A DNA stretch of 33,822 bases from a virus: positions 1 to 33,822 of the IMG/VR virus record IMGVR_UViG_3300003320_000969. One strand, 5' to 3'. The notes under the pieces were generated by a model, which saw only the letters and a list, made by a program, of their open reading frames with translations, did not search any database and had not been told where the DNA came from. The position numbers and the translations under genes were made by a program. The first letter of the stretch is position 1. Each line of letters begins with the position of its first letter. Positions 1-8,523 of this stretch are shown piece by piece.

Positions 1-151
1 GATGTCAATAAGCCTTTAATTATTGACCAAGTCAGAAAAGCATTGGCAACTTCTATTCAATCTAAATATGTTTTAGAAAATATAACGCCGCTGGTTGACC
101 CAAACAATAAAATATATTCCGATCCCGTATCCGTTCGAAATGCTATTGAAG
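1..151. repeat. Left copy of an exact 151-bp terminal direct repeat, identical to 33672-33822. This is an assembly overlap of a circular or circularly permuted molecule with a unique length of 33,671 bp.
   Basis: Compared base by base. The string gatgtcaataagcctttaattattgaccaagtc... at position 1 restarts at 33672 and runs unchanged to the last base of the window. Confidence 0.95.
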
Positions 152-402
152 TATTGAAGACATGGTCTAATGAAAGAGCGAAATTCTTAACCGATGTGGT
201 TAAAAAAGGCGTCGATGTTAATTTTAAACCTTATGAAAATAAATCTAACACCAATACAAAAAATAGCTCAAATTCTTCTGAGCAAAAAATATATTTTTCT
301 CCAATATTGGGAAAAAAAATAACTCAAAAAGATTTAGAACATACCGCTGATCAGAATGGACTTAGTATAGATAAAGTAAAAAGTGATTTTGGAATAGAAT
401 AA
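1..402 (+). CDS. 3' part of the wrap-around gene 32733..33671+1..402 (1341 nt, 446 aa in total). Putative internal virion/ejection protein, P22 gp20-like by size and position.
   Basis: Frame 1 is open from base 1 and is the same frame that is open from the ATG at 32733 to the window end. The TAA stop is at 400-402. The TTG start at 43 in the ORF track is an artefact of linearisation. Confidence 0.75.
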   Translation, partial: DVNKPLIIDQVRKALATSIQSKYVLENITPLVDPNNKIYSDPVSVRNAIEVLKTWSNERAKFLTDVVKKGVDVNFKPYENKSNTNTKNSSNSSEQKIYFSPILGKKITQKDLEHTADQNGLSIDKVKSDFGIE

Positions 403-2198
403 TGGCTATAGATTTATATAAAGAATATGGGATTATGCCTGATAAATCAGAAAAACCAATAGATTTATATGCCGAGTATAATTCGAAACTTAATCCATTA
501 GAACAAATCAAAAAAGATGTACTTAATCGCCAATCTCAAAGTGAACGTATGGGAAAAGACGTTTTAGCAGGCTTAGGAAACTTTGCTATTAATTTGGCTA
601 ATTCTCCTTATAATATTGCAAATGCATTGGCTTCCCATGGGATAATAAATGAAAAAACAGCAAATGCTATCCCTCGTACTTCAAAATATGATTTTAATAA
701 AATACTTGGCATTAATGAACCCAGTTTAAAAGACAAGCTTATACAAGGTGCCGCCCAATATGCCCCTTATGGCATCGGAGGAGAAGCTTTACTAGGTGCT
801 AAATTATTATCCCAAGGAATCCCAGAAGCGTCGCTGGGCGCTCGGTTAGCAAATCAAGCGCTGAGTGGTGGTGCATTTGGATTAACGCAAGAGAAAAGCC
901 CTTTTGCAGGTGCTACTTTAGGAGCTATAACAGCGCCTGTAGGAGAATTAGGCATAGGTGCTATAAAGGGAGGCGTGAGCCATTTAGGTAAGTATGCCGC
1001 AAGTGGATTAAACCAATCGATAGGTAAATCTTTAGAGAACATAAAAAATTTAACTAATCAAGAAGCATTTGATAAAGCTTATGCTAATTATTTAAATAAA
1101 AAAGCCACCGAAAACGCTTTATGGGAACAACTACCCTATCAATCTGCGTTAGTAGATTTAACAGGGACTAAATTTAATAATAACTCTTATAAAGAAGAAT
1201 TGGCAAAAGTATATCGCGATTTATTTAACAAATCTTCACAACAGCCTGCTGAAAAAAGATACAACGAAACATCTTTGTCTTTATTAGATGATTACATAAA
1301 TAAAAGTAAACATAATACTTTTACAAGTGCTTTACAACATTATAAATCTTTAAATAGAGATTTCGAAAATGAACAAGTTTTAGGTAAGAGCCAACCCTTT
1401 AACACTGTTAATTTAGCCAGAAAAAAAATGAAGGAAACTATTCAGAATAATATTAGTAATAATGGATTGAACGATACTATTGGCGAATTGTGGAATGCAG
1501 CAAATAAAGCGACTCAAGAAAAAAATCAATTATTTCACGATTTAATAGGCCAAACTGGTAAAAATAAACACAGTAGCTTTTTGGCCTATACAAAAAATGT
1601 TAACCCTTATGCCGAAAAAGGTAATTTTATTTATGATTATACGCCGAAATCAAGAGCGGAAGGTACTGCTCGAATGCAACAATTTATTAACATGATTGGC
1701 AATGAACAAGAAGGGAAAGACTACTTAAAACATGCTTACTTTAGTGACGCATTAAAAACAAAAGGGATAGATACGAATGAATTTCTAAATAAGTATAATA
1801 AATTAAGCAATGAGCAACAAAAAATATTATTTAATAAAGACGAAATTAAAGATATTAATGCGCTTAATAATATTTTAGAAAAAAATCCAAAAGCTTTGGA
1901 AAAAGATCATTACGCTCAAAGTATTATGAAGCATGTTATTCCTATTGGGATTGGTGGTGCTGTAGGAAGTATATACCATCAACCTATTTTAGGAGCTATG
2001 GCGGGAAGTGCGTTAAACCCAGCATTACATGCTTCAATGGAAGGAATATTTAGTAAACCATCCATTCAACGATTTTACACTAATTATTTCACTGGAGGTA
2101 AATCTCCGGTTTCGGAAATGTTAGCAAATTCATTACGCAGAGGGCTGCCGGCAACTCTATTACCTGCTGAGGAACAAATAATAAATAAAAATGATTAA
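402..2198 (+). CDS. Putative internal virion/ejection protein, 598 aa (P22 gp16-like by size and gene order)
   Basis: Long ORF whose ATG overlaps the upstream stop (TAATG). It has Gly/Ala-rich hydrophobic stretches (GGAFGLTQEKSPFAGATLGAITAPVGELGIGAIKGG and IPIGIGGAVGS). It is the third of three consecutive genes of 233, 446 and 598 aa lying before the tail fibre, as with P22 genes 7, 20 and 16. Confidence 0.55.
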   Translation: MAIDLYKEYGIMPDKSEKPIDLYAEYNSKLNPLEQIKKDVLNRQSQSERMGKDVLAGLGNFAINLANSPYNIANALASHGIINEKTANAIPRTSKYDFNKILGINEPSLKDKLIQGAAQYAPYGIGGEALLGAKLLSQGIPEASLGARLANQALSGGAFGLTQEKSPFAGATLGAITAPVGELGIGAIKGGVSHLGKYAASGLNQSIGKSLENIKNLTNQEAFDKAYANYLNKKATENALWEQLPYQSALVDLTGTKFNNNSYKEELAKVYRDLFNKSSQQPAEKRYNETSLSLLDDYINKSKHNTFTSALQHYKSLNRDFENEQVLGKSQPFNTVNLARKKMKETIQNNISNNGLNDTIGELWNAANKATQEKNQLFHDLIGQTGKNKHSSFLAYTKNVNPYAEKGNFIYDYTPKSRAEGTARMQQFINMIGNEQEGKDYLKHAYFSDALKTKGIDTNEFLNKYNKLSNEQQKILFNKDEIKDINALNNILEKNPKALEKDHYAQSIMKHVIPIGIGGAVGSIYHQPILGAMAGSALNPALHASMEGIFSKPSIQRFYTNYFTGGKSPVSEMLANSLRRGLPATLLPAEEQIINKND

Positions 2199-2255
2199 AC
2201 CATTAAGAAATATTTAATAGTTTAAAAATGACCATTTTGGAAAAGGATTTTAAAA

Positions 2256-4580
2256 ATGGGGCTAAATCCAAATTACATGCTTGCACCAAGCTTGCAAGAA
2301 TATTTTGTCGATAAAGACACCGGACTTCCTTTGGCTGGAGGAAAAGTATATTTTTATGAAGACGACGCAAGAAGTGTGTTAAAGCCAGTTTATGAAATTT
2401 CGGGTACACCGCCCAATTATGTTTATACGGTTTTACCTAACCCAGTAACGCTTACAGCAAATGGGACATTCTCCGATGGATCAGGTAACGATATATTGCC
2501 TTATTATTATCCTTTTGATTCTAGTGGTAATATTCAGCTTTACTATGTAGCTGTCTATAATTCAAACGGTGTATTTCAATTTAGTCGAGAAGGTTGGCCA
2601 AATTTCACTGATGAAGCAGTTAATAGCGATAATGAAGTTACAAATTTTGTACCGAACGGTCAGTTTTTAATTCATAATAATATTCCTGCAACCAGTGCTA
2701 ATGGCAATGTTGTTGGTAAAATTTCTGCAACGACAACAATTCTTGGCGATGGCGGATGGTCATATGTAAGAACGAGTAATACGCCAACCGATATTATTAC
2801 TTTTACTACCTTTACTTCGAGTAATCCAGGATATACTTCTACTCCTCGTTATGCATTGCGTTTTCAATGTCAGGTAGCGAATTCAGATACTCAAAAAGAT
2901 ATAACGTTAACATTCCCAGATGTTAACAAATTTTCATCATCAACTCAGTTATACAACTTATATTTTGAAGCTCAATCTTTAACGGGAGCCGACTTAAATA
3001 ACATCCAAGTTTTGATCATTAAAAATTACGGAACGGGGGGGAGTCCCACTTCTCCTGTCACCATTAATGTTTCATCGGTTGCTTTTTTATCCAACAGTGT
3101 TAGTAAATTTAATGTGCCTTTACTATTCGGAACAAATGCAGGAGCCGTTTTTGGAACAAATAATGATGATACTGTTTCTATTGTTTTAAGATTCCCAGCA
3201 AGTACTACATTTATTGTAGAAATGACCAATTTTGCATTGACTATAAATGACGCCACTTTATCATCGTTTCCTGTTCAAACAAATTCTCAGCAGCTTTATG
3301 CTTCTACGTGTGGTGCAGCTCCTACCCCTGATCCAAATGGACAAAGTATAGGGCTTTACGTTATTTCTACTAACGCGGGCTGGACTTATGATACTGGAGG
3401 AGTTGGAAATATCATTTCTACTATCAATACAACGGCTCCATTTGGATGGCTAAATTGCGATGGAACTCAATATTTAACAACTGGTTATTCGTCGGATGGG
3501 ATCCCTTATTCCAGGCTTCAAGCTAAATTGTGGATAAATTCTATTTCATGTCCGATGTTTGGGACTGGTACTAATTTTGGTACGTCCGTTTTATTGTCGG
3601 ATAATTCTATATTAATAACAACAAATAAAACTGGAAGTGCTACGGCTTCATCTGCAGGAACAACTACTTTTACCGTTTCTACTATTCACACCGGCGGAAA
3701 TTATAATTTAAAAGCTTATGTTGTTGCCTCTAATGCTGTAGAAGTACAATGTAATAGTGTAGGATTTGTTAATGCGCCAACTGCTGGTACTACAGCCTTT
3801 AGCGTCAGTCAATCAGCGGACAATAACAGTGCTACAAAAAATAATTATTCTTTTTCTTTTGCTGCTTTGCCTTCAGCTGGGGAATGGTTTGGTATTAGCA
3901 ACCAATCTACTGATTATTATATATGGTTTAAAGTTGATGGCAGTGGGGCAGATCCAGCGCCTGGCGGAAGAACAGGGATTCTGGTCAGTATAAAATCAAC
4001 TTATAACACAAATGATTTAGCAATCATCTTAGCAAATGTGATTTCTGGCGCCCAGCAAACGAGTATTATTACTGTATCGGGAGCAAGTATTAGCGATAGC
4101 CAATATTTTTCATTTTTTACAAGTACGCCTGCACAGTTCAACCCTTGGTATAATGTTACTGGTTCAGCTACAGCGCCTGCTACCAGTGGTACTAATATTC
4201 AGGTAAATATTACCTCGGGAGATACAGCAGCTCAAGTTGCGAGCAAAACAGTCATTGCAATTAATAACTATTATTTTGCGGTACCCGATTTAAGAGGATA
4301 TTTTATTCGTGGATGGAACAATGGTTCGAGCGAAGATCCAAATGCAAGCTCACGATTGCCACTTAATAAAGTTAGCTATTTTGGTGATTTAGTAGGAACA
4401 TTAGAGTTTAACACCTATACGGCCCACGTTCACTCTAGTGTGGGTTCTAATACGCAAACCGCAACCTCTACTAATTTTCAATACACTAATAGTTCTGGAA
4501 GTAATGTTTTAACTTCTGTTGCCGGTTATGCGGAGACACGTCCAGATAATATTTCATTGAATTACATTATCAAATATTAA
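2256..4580 (+). CDS. Tail fibre / receptor-binding protein, 774 aa, with tail-collar motifs
   Basis: AAAGGA RBS upstream. The tail-collar (PF07484-type) signatures APFGWLNCDGTQY (about aa 397) and FAVPDLRGYFIRGW (about aa 677) are present. Composition is Ser/Thr/Asn/Gly-rich and beta-like. The N-terminus PLAGGKVYFYEDDARSVLKPVYE is typical of fibre/spike N-termini. Confidence 0.8.
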   Translation: MGLNPNYMLAPSLQEYFVDKDTGLPLAGGKVYFYEDDARSVLKPVYEISGTPPNYVYTVLPNPVTLTANGTFSDGSGNDILPYYYPFDSSGNIQLYYVAVYNSNGVFQFSREGWPNFTDEAVNSDNEVTNFVPNGQFLIHNNIPATSANGNVVGKISATTTILGDGGWSYVRTSNTPTDIITFTTFTSSNPGYTSTPRYALRFQCQVANSDTQKDITLTFPDVNKFSSSTQLYNLYFEAQSLTGADLNNIQVLIIKNYGTGGSPTSPVTINVSSVAFLSNSVSKFNVPLLFGTNAGAVFGTNNDDTVSIVLRFPASTTFIVEMTNFALTINDATLSSFPVQTNSQQLYASTCGAAPTPDPNGQSIGLYVISTNAGWTYDTGGVGNIISTINTTAPFGWLNCDGTQYLTTGYSSDGIPYSRLQAKLWINSISCPMFGTGTNFGTSVLLSDNSILITTNKTGSATASSAGTTTFTVSTIHTGGNYNLKAYVVASNAVEVQCNSVGFVNAPTAGTTAFSVSQSADNNSATKNNYSFSFAALPSAGEWFGISNQSTDYYIWFKVDGSGADPAPGGRTGILVSIKSTYNTNDLAIILANVISGAQQTSIITVSGASISDSQYFSFFTSTPAQFNPWYNVTGSATAPATSGTNIQVNITSGDTAAQVASKTVIAINNYYFAVPDLRGYFIRGWNNGSSEDPNASSRLPLNKVSYFGDLVGTLEFNTYTAHVHSSVGSNTQTATSTNFQYTNSSGSNVLTSVAGYAETRPDNISLNYIIKY

Positions 4581-4603
4581 CCATGTTTAAAAGGATTTAA
4601 TAT

Positions 4604-4969
4604 ATGGCACAAGCAACACAATTTTTATATCAACGTGATCAATCTGGATGGCCAAGTCCTGCCTTAGAGCCAGCAAATCATATTTGGGGCGTGCAACTTT
4701 CTACGGGCGTAGAACAACACGTCACTTTATCTGGAATACCGAACGATAATATTTTTCATCTTCGGTTTTCTTATCAAGATGATGCAGATGTATTTGTTGG
4801 GGTAAATGTAACTGCTGCTGCTCCCACTGGCACTTTAGGTGCTGTTAATGCTGAAAGAAATCCTCCTGCAATAAGAGTGCAAAATGGAGATAAAATTAGT
4901 TTAATTACGACAACTGCGACTGCTTATGTGACGTTTGCTTTATTTGGAAGTCGAGTAGTTAATTCGTAA
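4604..4969 (+). CDS. Hypothetical protein, 121 aa, immediately downstream of the tail fibre (possible fibre accessory or structural protein)
   Basis: ORF with AAAGGA RBS (catgtttaaaaggatttaatatATG). No recognisable motif. Confidence 0.65.
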   Translation: MAQATQFLYQRDQSGWPSPALEPANHIWGVQLSTGVEQHVTLSGIPNDNIFHLRFSYQDDADVFVGVNVTAAAPTGTLGAVNAERNPPAIRVQNGDKISLITTTATAYVTFALFGSRVVNS

Positions 4970-4975
4970 CAATGG

Positions 4976-5000
4976 AATTAATTAAAGTTTTTAATTAATT
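4976..5000 (+). terminator. Weak all-A/T hairpin downstream of 4604..4969
   Basis: AATTAATTAAA (4976-4986) pairs with TTTAATTAATT (4990-5000) across a 3-nt loop, followed by TT. The stem has no G:C pairs, so stability is low. Confidence 0.25.
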
Positions 5001-5047
5001 TTAGTTGCTAATTAAAGATATCGTTAATATTTAATTAAGGAAAAAAT

Positions 5048-5209
5048 ATGAATTTATTAATAGAAATGACTATAGAAAAAGTTGTTGAATATATCATCCA
5101 ACAAATTATTGAACGATATGGGCACAATATTATTTCTGCCGATCAAATCGAAAAATTAGTTTCTGCGTTTGCTCAAGAAATAAGCACAGAACTTCAAAAG
5201 AAGCAATAG
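5048..5209 (+). CDS. Small hypothetical protein, 53 aa, below the ORF-track size cutoff
   Basis: Hand translation gives MNLLIEMTIEKVVEYIIQQIIERYGHNIISADQIEKLVSAFAQEISTELQKKQ. An AAGGA RBS lies 8 nt upstream and the TAG stop is at 5207-5209. Confidence 0.5.
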   Translation: MNLLIEMTIEKVVEYIIQQIIERYGHNIISADQIEKLVSAFAQEISTELQKKQ

Positions 5210-5236
5210 AAATATTAATCCATAAGGAATAACCAT

Positions 5237-5383
5237 ATGCCATTAGTAAAAGGTAAAAAAGCACGTACCCGTAAAGGCTTTGCAGAAAATATTGAAAGAG
5301 AAATGGCAGCAGGAAAGCCACAAAAACAGGCTGTAGCCATTGCGTATTCAGAAGCAAGAAGTTCTAAAAAGAAGAAAAAATAA
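5237..5383 (+). CDS. Small basic protein, 48 aa, resembling the short conserved phage/bacterial family with the motif GKP.KQAVAIA.SEA
   Basis: Hand translation gives MPLVKGKKARTRKGFAENIEREMAAGKPQKQAVAIAYSEARSSKKKKK. An AAGGAA RBS is upstream and the TAA stop is at 5381-5383. It lies antisense to track ORF 5130..5357, which I consider spurious. Confidence 0.55.
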   Translation: MPLVKGKKARTRKGFAENIEREMAAGKPQKQAVAIAYSEARSSKKKKK

Positions 5384-5413
5384 CTATTATCTTACGTAAT
5401 CCATAAAAAAATA

Positions 5414-5429
5414 GCGCCCCGAAGGGCGC
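5414..5429. terminator. Bidirectional rho-independent terminator between converging transcription units
   Basis: GCGCCC (5414-5419), loop CGAA, GGGCGC (5424-5429). An A-run lies upstream on the + strand, which is a T-run after the hairpin on the - strand. The hairpin sits between the + gene ending at 5383 and the - gene ending at 5530. Confidence 0.7.
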
Positions 5430-5529
5430 AAATAATGGATAGTCGCAAAATACGCCGAGAAGGCGTTAAATTTTATTCTAGCCTTTAAAATCAATTAGTC
5501 AATAAAATTGACTATCTATTTAGCTTTAC

Positions 5530-5766
5530 TTATTTCTTTTTATGGGCAGATTTTGCTTTGTGATGAGGACCTTTATGATGCGGTTCTTTTTCTGCTCGTT
5601 TAGCATGTTCCATATATTTCATCGCTTCATGATGATGATGGGCAGCTTTTTCCATATGCTTTTCATGGTGATGTGCCGCTTTTTCATGATGATGAGCAGC
5701 TTTTTTAATATGGTGCTCAGCTTTTTTGTGGTGAGCAGCTTTATGATGTTCAGTTTTGGTTTTCAT
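5530..5766 (-). CDS. Histidine-rich basic protein, 78 aa with 23 His, containing repeated KAAHHH(H)E units. Putative metal-binding protein.
   Basis: Sequence is MKTKTEHHKAAHHKKAEHHIKKAAHHHEKAAHHHEKHMEKAAHHHHEAMKYMEHAKRAEKEPHHKGPHHKAKSAHKKK. An AAGGA RBS lies about 10 nt upstream. There is no signal peptide or TM segment, and the gene is followed by the 5414-5429 terminator. Confidence 0.7.
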   Translation of the reverse strand: MKTKTEHHKAAHHKKAEHHIKKAAHHHEKAAHHHEKHMEKAAHHHHEAMKYMEHAKRAEKEPHHKGPHHKAKSAHKKK

Positions 5767-5794
5767 AAGATTAATTCCTTTTAAATGAATTTAA

Positions 5795-6949
5795 TTAAGA
5801 GGTGAAATAGAACCCGCTTACAGTAATATCAGTTGTAGAACTAATATTGGTAATTGCCATTGTGGTGGAAGCCGCCGAAGAATTGGCATTTTCTAAAATA
5901 TTTAGATAAGTTTGCCCATGGGCTACACGACCTACAATGAATAAAGTGCTTGCATCAATAGTACAATTTTGCACCAATGCAGATCCAACTGAATCAAGCG
6001 CCGTTGTATTTACAGATGCAACTGGCAATCCGGTGATTTGCAATTGCCCACTTGCCGCACCGATTGTAAGTGCAGTTAATATTAAACGTCCATAATAATA
6101 TACAACGTTTCCTATGCGGGTATATTCACCTACTTGAAACGAATAAGTCACCGAAGTTGGATTCGCGCTTGAACCTGCCAAAGCGGGAGTCCAAGTGCCA
6201 GTGACATAGGTGCTTAAAACACTTCCGCCAAAAGTTATGCTTGTCGCAGTAGCAGCACCAAGAGTCGGGGTTACCAAAGTAGGAGAAGTAGAATTAACTG
6301 GAACGCCTGTTCCTGTAGGCGTTGTCCAAGTTCCTAATGCGGAGGCACCTCCTGACACATACATTTGTCCGGAAGTTCCAGTACCGGCATTTTGGAAATT
6401 ACCTGTGGCAGTTGTTCCACCTGCAAGCAGTCCATAAGCGGTTGTTGTAGAAAGGCCGGTACCGCCATTTGGAACTGTTAGTGGAAGGGTAGTAGTGCTT
6501 GCAATCGTAATTGAACCGGCACCATTACTGACTGATATTCCCGTACCACCGGTTAATGTTGCCGCGACAGGGGAAGCGCCTGTTGAACCGACTACCAATT
6601 GGCCGTTTGTTAAAGGACCTTTCCACGTTGGGACGCCGGCAGATGTTGTTGTCAATACAGCGCTATTGACACTTGGCGGCAAAACATCGGCAGATACTGC
6701 TAAAGTAATTACACCATTTGAAAAAGAGGGAAGAAATACGTTATAAGTCCCAACAGTTGCAGGCGGATTGTATCCATAATACATATCGATAATATCAGTT
6801 GGATTAATGGTATATCCTAACAAATTACCTGAATTTAAATATCCGGCGGCGGTTACTGTTGCTAAATTATCTGTAGAAATGATTTTTAATCTACGGGGTT
6901 CGTCACCGATTTGACCTGGCACATCGGTGGTAATACTTACGATAGACAT
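5795..6949 (-). CDS. Second tail-fibre-like protein, 384 aa
   Basis: Gly/Thr/Ser-rich, with the fibre-type motif LPLTVPNGGTGLSTTTAYGLLAGG followed by GTGTSGQMYVSGGASALGTWTTP. It has its own AAGGA RBS and is oriented opposite to the main structural operon. Confidence 0.7.
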   Translation of the reverse strand: MSIVSITTDVPGQIGDEPRRLKIISTDNLATVTAAGYLNSGNLLGYTINPTDIIDMYYGYNPPATVGTYNVFLPSFSNGVITLAVSADVLPPSVNSAVLTTTSAGVPTWKGPLTNGQLVVGSTGASPVAATLTGGTGISVSNGAGSITIASTTTLPLTVPNGGTGLSTTTAYGLLAGGTTATGNFQNAGTGTSGQMYVSGGASALGTWTTPTGTGVPVNSTSPTLVTPTLGAATATSITFGGSVLSTYVTGTWTPALAGSSANPTSVTYSFQVGEYTRIGNVVYYYGRLILTALTIGAASGQLQITGLPVASVNTTALDSVGSALVQNCTIDASTLFIVGRVAHGQTYLNILENANSSAASTTMAITNISSTTDITVSGFYFTS

Positions 6950-7087
6950 TCCTTGTCATCCTTTTAAGTAATTAAATGAAAGTTTTCATATTTAAATGAA
7001 GGCGATCATTATTTCCTATCCCGAGTATAACATAAATAGAAAAAAAATAAACAGTATAGAAATGCGAAAATATAGAGATGGTAGTAA

Positions 7088-7112
7088 TAAAAAAAGCAGC
7101 CCAAAGGCTGCT
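7088..7112 (-). terminator. Rho-independent terminator of the leftward early operon
   Basis: On the - strand, AGCAGCC / loop TTTG / GGCTGCT is followed by a run of 7 T. This lies 72 nt downstream of the SSB-like gene stop. Confidence 0.75.
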
Positions 7113-7183
7113 TTCGAGGTAGTCATTTTGCATGATTTGAGATTTCTCTCTATTTGTAGAAAATTTTATCTTTTTGGGTTTAT

Positions 7184-7615
7184 TCAAAAAGGCAAGTCAT
7201 CATCTACAAAGGCGCTATTATCTTTAGTTTGAGTATTAAAGTCTAGAGAAATTTTAATATAATCTGCGATTTTGTTTCTAGCAGGGTAATCACCGCTTCT
7301 TTCTACGCCAATTTTACATTTCCCAGTTTTTTTCTCACAATCAAAAGGTGATAAATTTCCTGCATTATATTGCTTTTGTAGATTTGTTGAATCACAAAAT
7401 TTTTTTATCTTATAAAGCGCAGAAGGCACAAGATAGTCATTTAAATATATTTCTTTTCCTGTTTTATCGTATATTTTATTGGTGAGCTTTATCATGGGAT
7501 TTCCAGTTGATTTAGAGATGGCATTTTCTGCTTTAACAACTTCAAAATCATATATCCCTGGATCCAATAGGTTAAGTAACTCAGTGTCCGATTTAGGGGT
7601 AAAAATTAAGTTCAT
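7184..7615 (-). CDS. DUF669-type single-stranded DNA-binding protein with a canonical acidic SSB C-terminal tip
   Basis: The C-terminus is ...AFVDDDLPF (compare E. coli SSB DDDIPF). The gene lies immediately downstream of a Sak4-like ATPase, as DUF669 genes typically do. I chose the ATG at 7615 (MNLIFTPKSD...) because a perfect AAGGAG sits 7 nt upstream; the track start at 7636 is a TTG. Confidence 0.7.
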   Translation of the reverse strand: MNLIFTPKSDTELLNLLDPGIYDFEVVKAENAISKSTGNPMIKLTNKIYDKTGKEIYLNDYLVPSALYKIKKFCDSTNLQKQYNAGNLSPFDCEKKTGKCKIGVERSGDYPARNKIADYIKISLDFNTQTKDNSAFVDDDLPF

Positions 7616-7671
7616 AGGTCTTCTCCTTGGTTTCAAATAGATTTTGGCATACTTGATATACTGACTTATTA

Positions 7672-8523
7672 TTAAGCCGCTTTATCTTGAAATTTGCTTT
7701 TCATAAAGTTAATACATTTTTGTATATCTGCTTTTTTCATATACTCAAAAGATTCAACTTCAAATTTCTTAAACCATTTTATGACGATTTCTTCGGGCTC
7801 TTTAAAGAGTTCAATTAAATGTTTAATTTCTTTTATTTCTTCTTCTGAGGCCAATATTTCTTCTACAGCATCGCGTTCTAATTCTTCTCTCCCGTATCTT
7901 TTTGCGACTTCTTCATAAGAAAATGGGAAAGTTTCACCATCTGGAAAAGCTTCTATTCTAGATTTTTTTATAATACCAACTCTATCTTGGCCGCGTTTTT
8001 GAATTTCAAAGACTAAATCAAATAAGTAATCTGCCTTTTTATAACAGTCAAAGGTCTGCCCAAGGATAGACATATTTTGCCCATATTCGTTTTTAGCATG
8101 TGCGGTTATAATAACATTCATGTCCAGCCTAAGCAGAAGATTAAATAAAACGCGTATTTTTTTGTCCGCTTCGGAATAATGTCTTCCGAAATCAGTCCCT
8201 ACTTTTAAAGCCGACTTATCTAATAAATCATTATAAATAATGGTGAGTGGATCAATAATTAACGTTTTATATTCGTGTTTTTCTGTTAACAATGCCTTCA
8301 CTTCTGCCATTAAATCATCAAAATCACTTGTAGGATAATATACGCCATTTGCTTTGTTTAACAAATGAACATATTGATTGTTCTCAGCGCCTTTTTCCGT
8401 ATCTATTAGATAAGGTCTTGGGAATTGGATAGCTGCTGTTGTTTTACCAACGCCTGCTTTACCATAGAAAAATGCTTTTAATCTCTTTTTAACCGCAATT
8501 GGTTTTACTGCTCTAAGTGTCAT
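7672..8523 (-). CDS. Sak4-like RecA-fold ATPase (AAA_24 family), a recombination/annealing protein
   Basis: Walker A is FYGKAGVGKTTAAIQF and the Walker B-like motif is KTLIIDPLT. The size (283 aa) and the pairing with the DUF669 SSB fit the family. Confidence 0.75.
   Translation of the reverse strand: MTLRAVKPIAVKKRLKAFFYGKAGVGKTTAAIQFPRPYLIDTEKGAENNQYVHLLNKANGVYYPTSDFDDLMAEVKALLTEKHEYKTLIIDPLTIIYNDLLDKSALKVGTDFGRHYSEADKKIRVLFNLLLRLDMNVIITAHAKNEYGQNMSILGQTFDCYKKADYLFDLVFEIQKRGQDRVGIIKKSRIEAFPDGETFPFSYEEVAKRYGREELERDAVEEILASEEEIKEIKHLIELFKEPEEIVIKWFKKFEVESFEYMKKADIQKCINFMKSKFQDKAA

Noticed and set aside
5542-5784. 80-aa + strand ORF (MGRFCFVMRTFMMRFFF...)
   Set aside because: It is the antisense shadow of the His-rich gene. 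The His and Lys codons read backwards give a Met/Phe-rich nonsense composition. It has no RBS, whereas the - strand gene has both an RBS and a terminator.
854-6746. Internal or antisense short ORFs inside large genes (854..1042, 2203..2409, 3026..3256, 3766..3993, 5130..5357, 6210..6437, 6495..6746)
   Set aside because: All are nested within, or antisense to, long ORFs with coherent protein-like composition. None has an RBS that I could see.
2256-6949. Diversity-generating retroelement or Mu G-like invertible fibre segment
   Set aside because: No reverse transcriptase or invertase (Gin/Cin/Hin-type) ORF exists anywhere in the replicon. I found no template/variable repeat pair or flanking inverted repeats by eye. 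The 384-aa fibre has its own start and RBS rather than sharing a constant N-terminal exon. I cannot exhaustively exclude short inverted repeats without computation.
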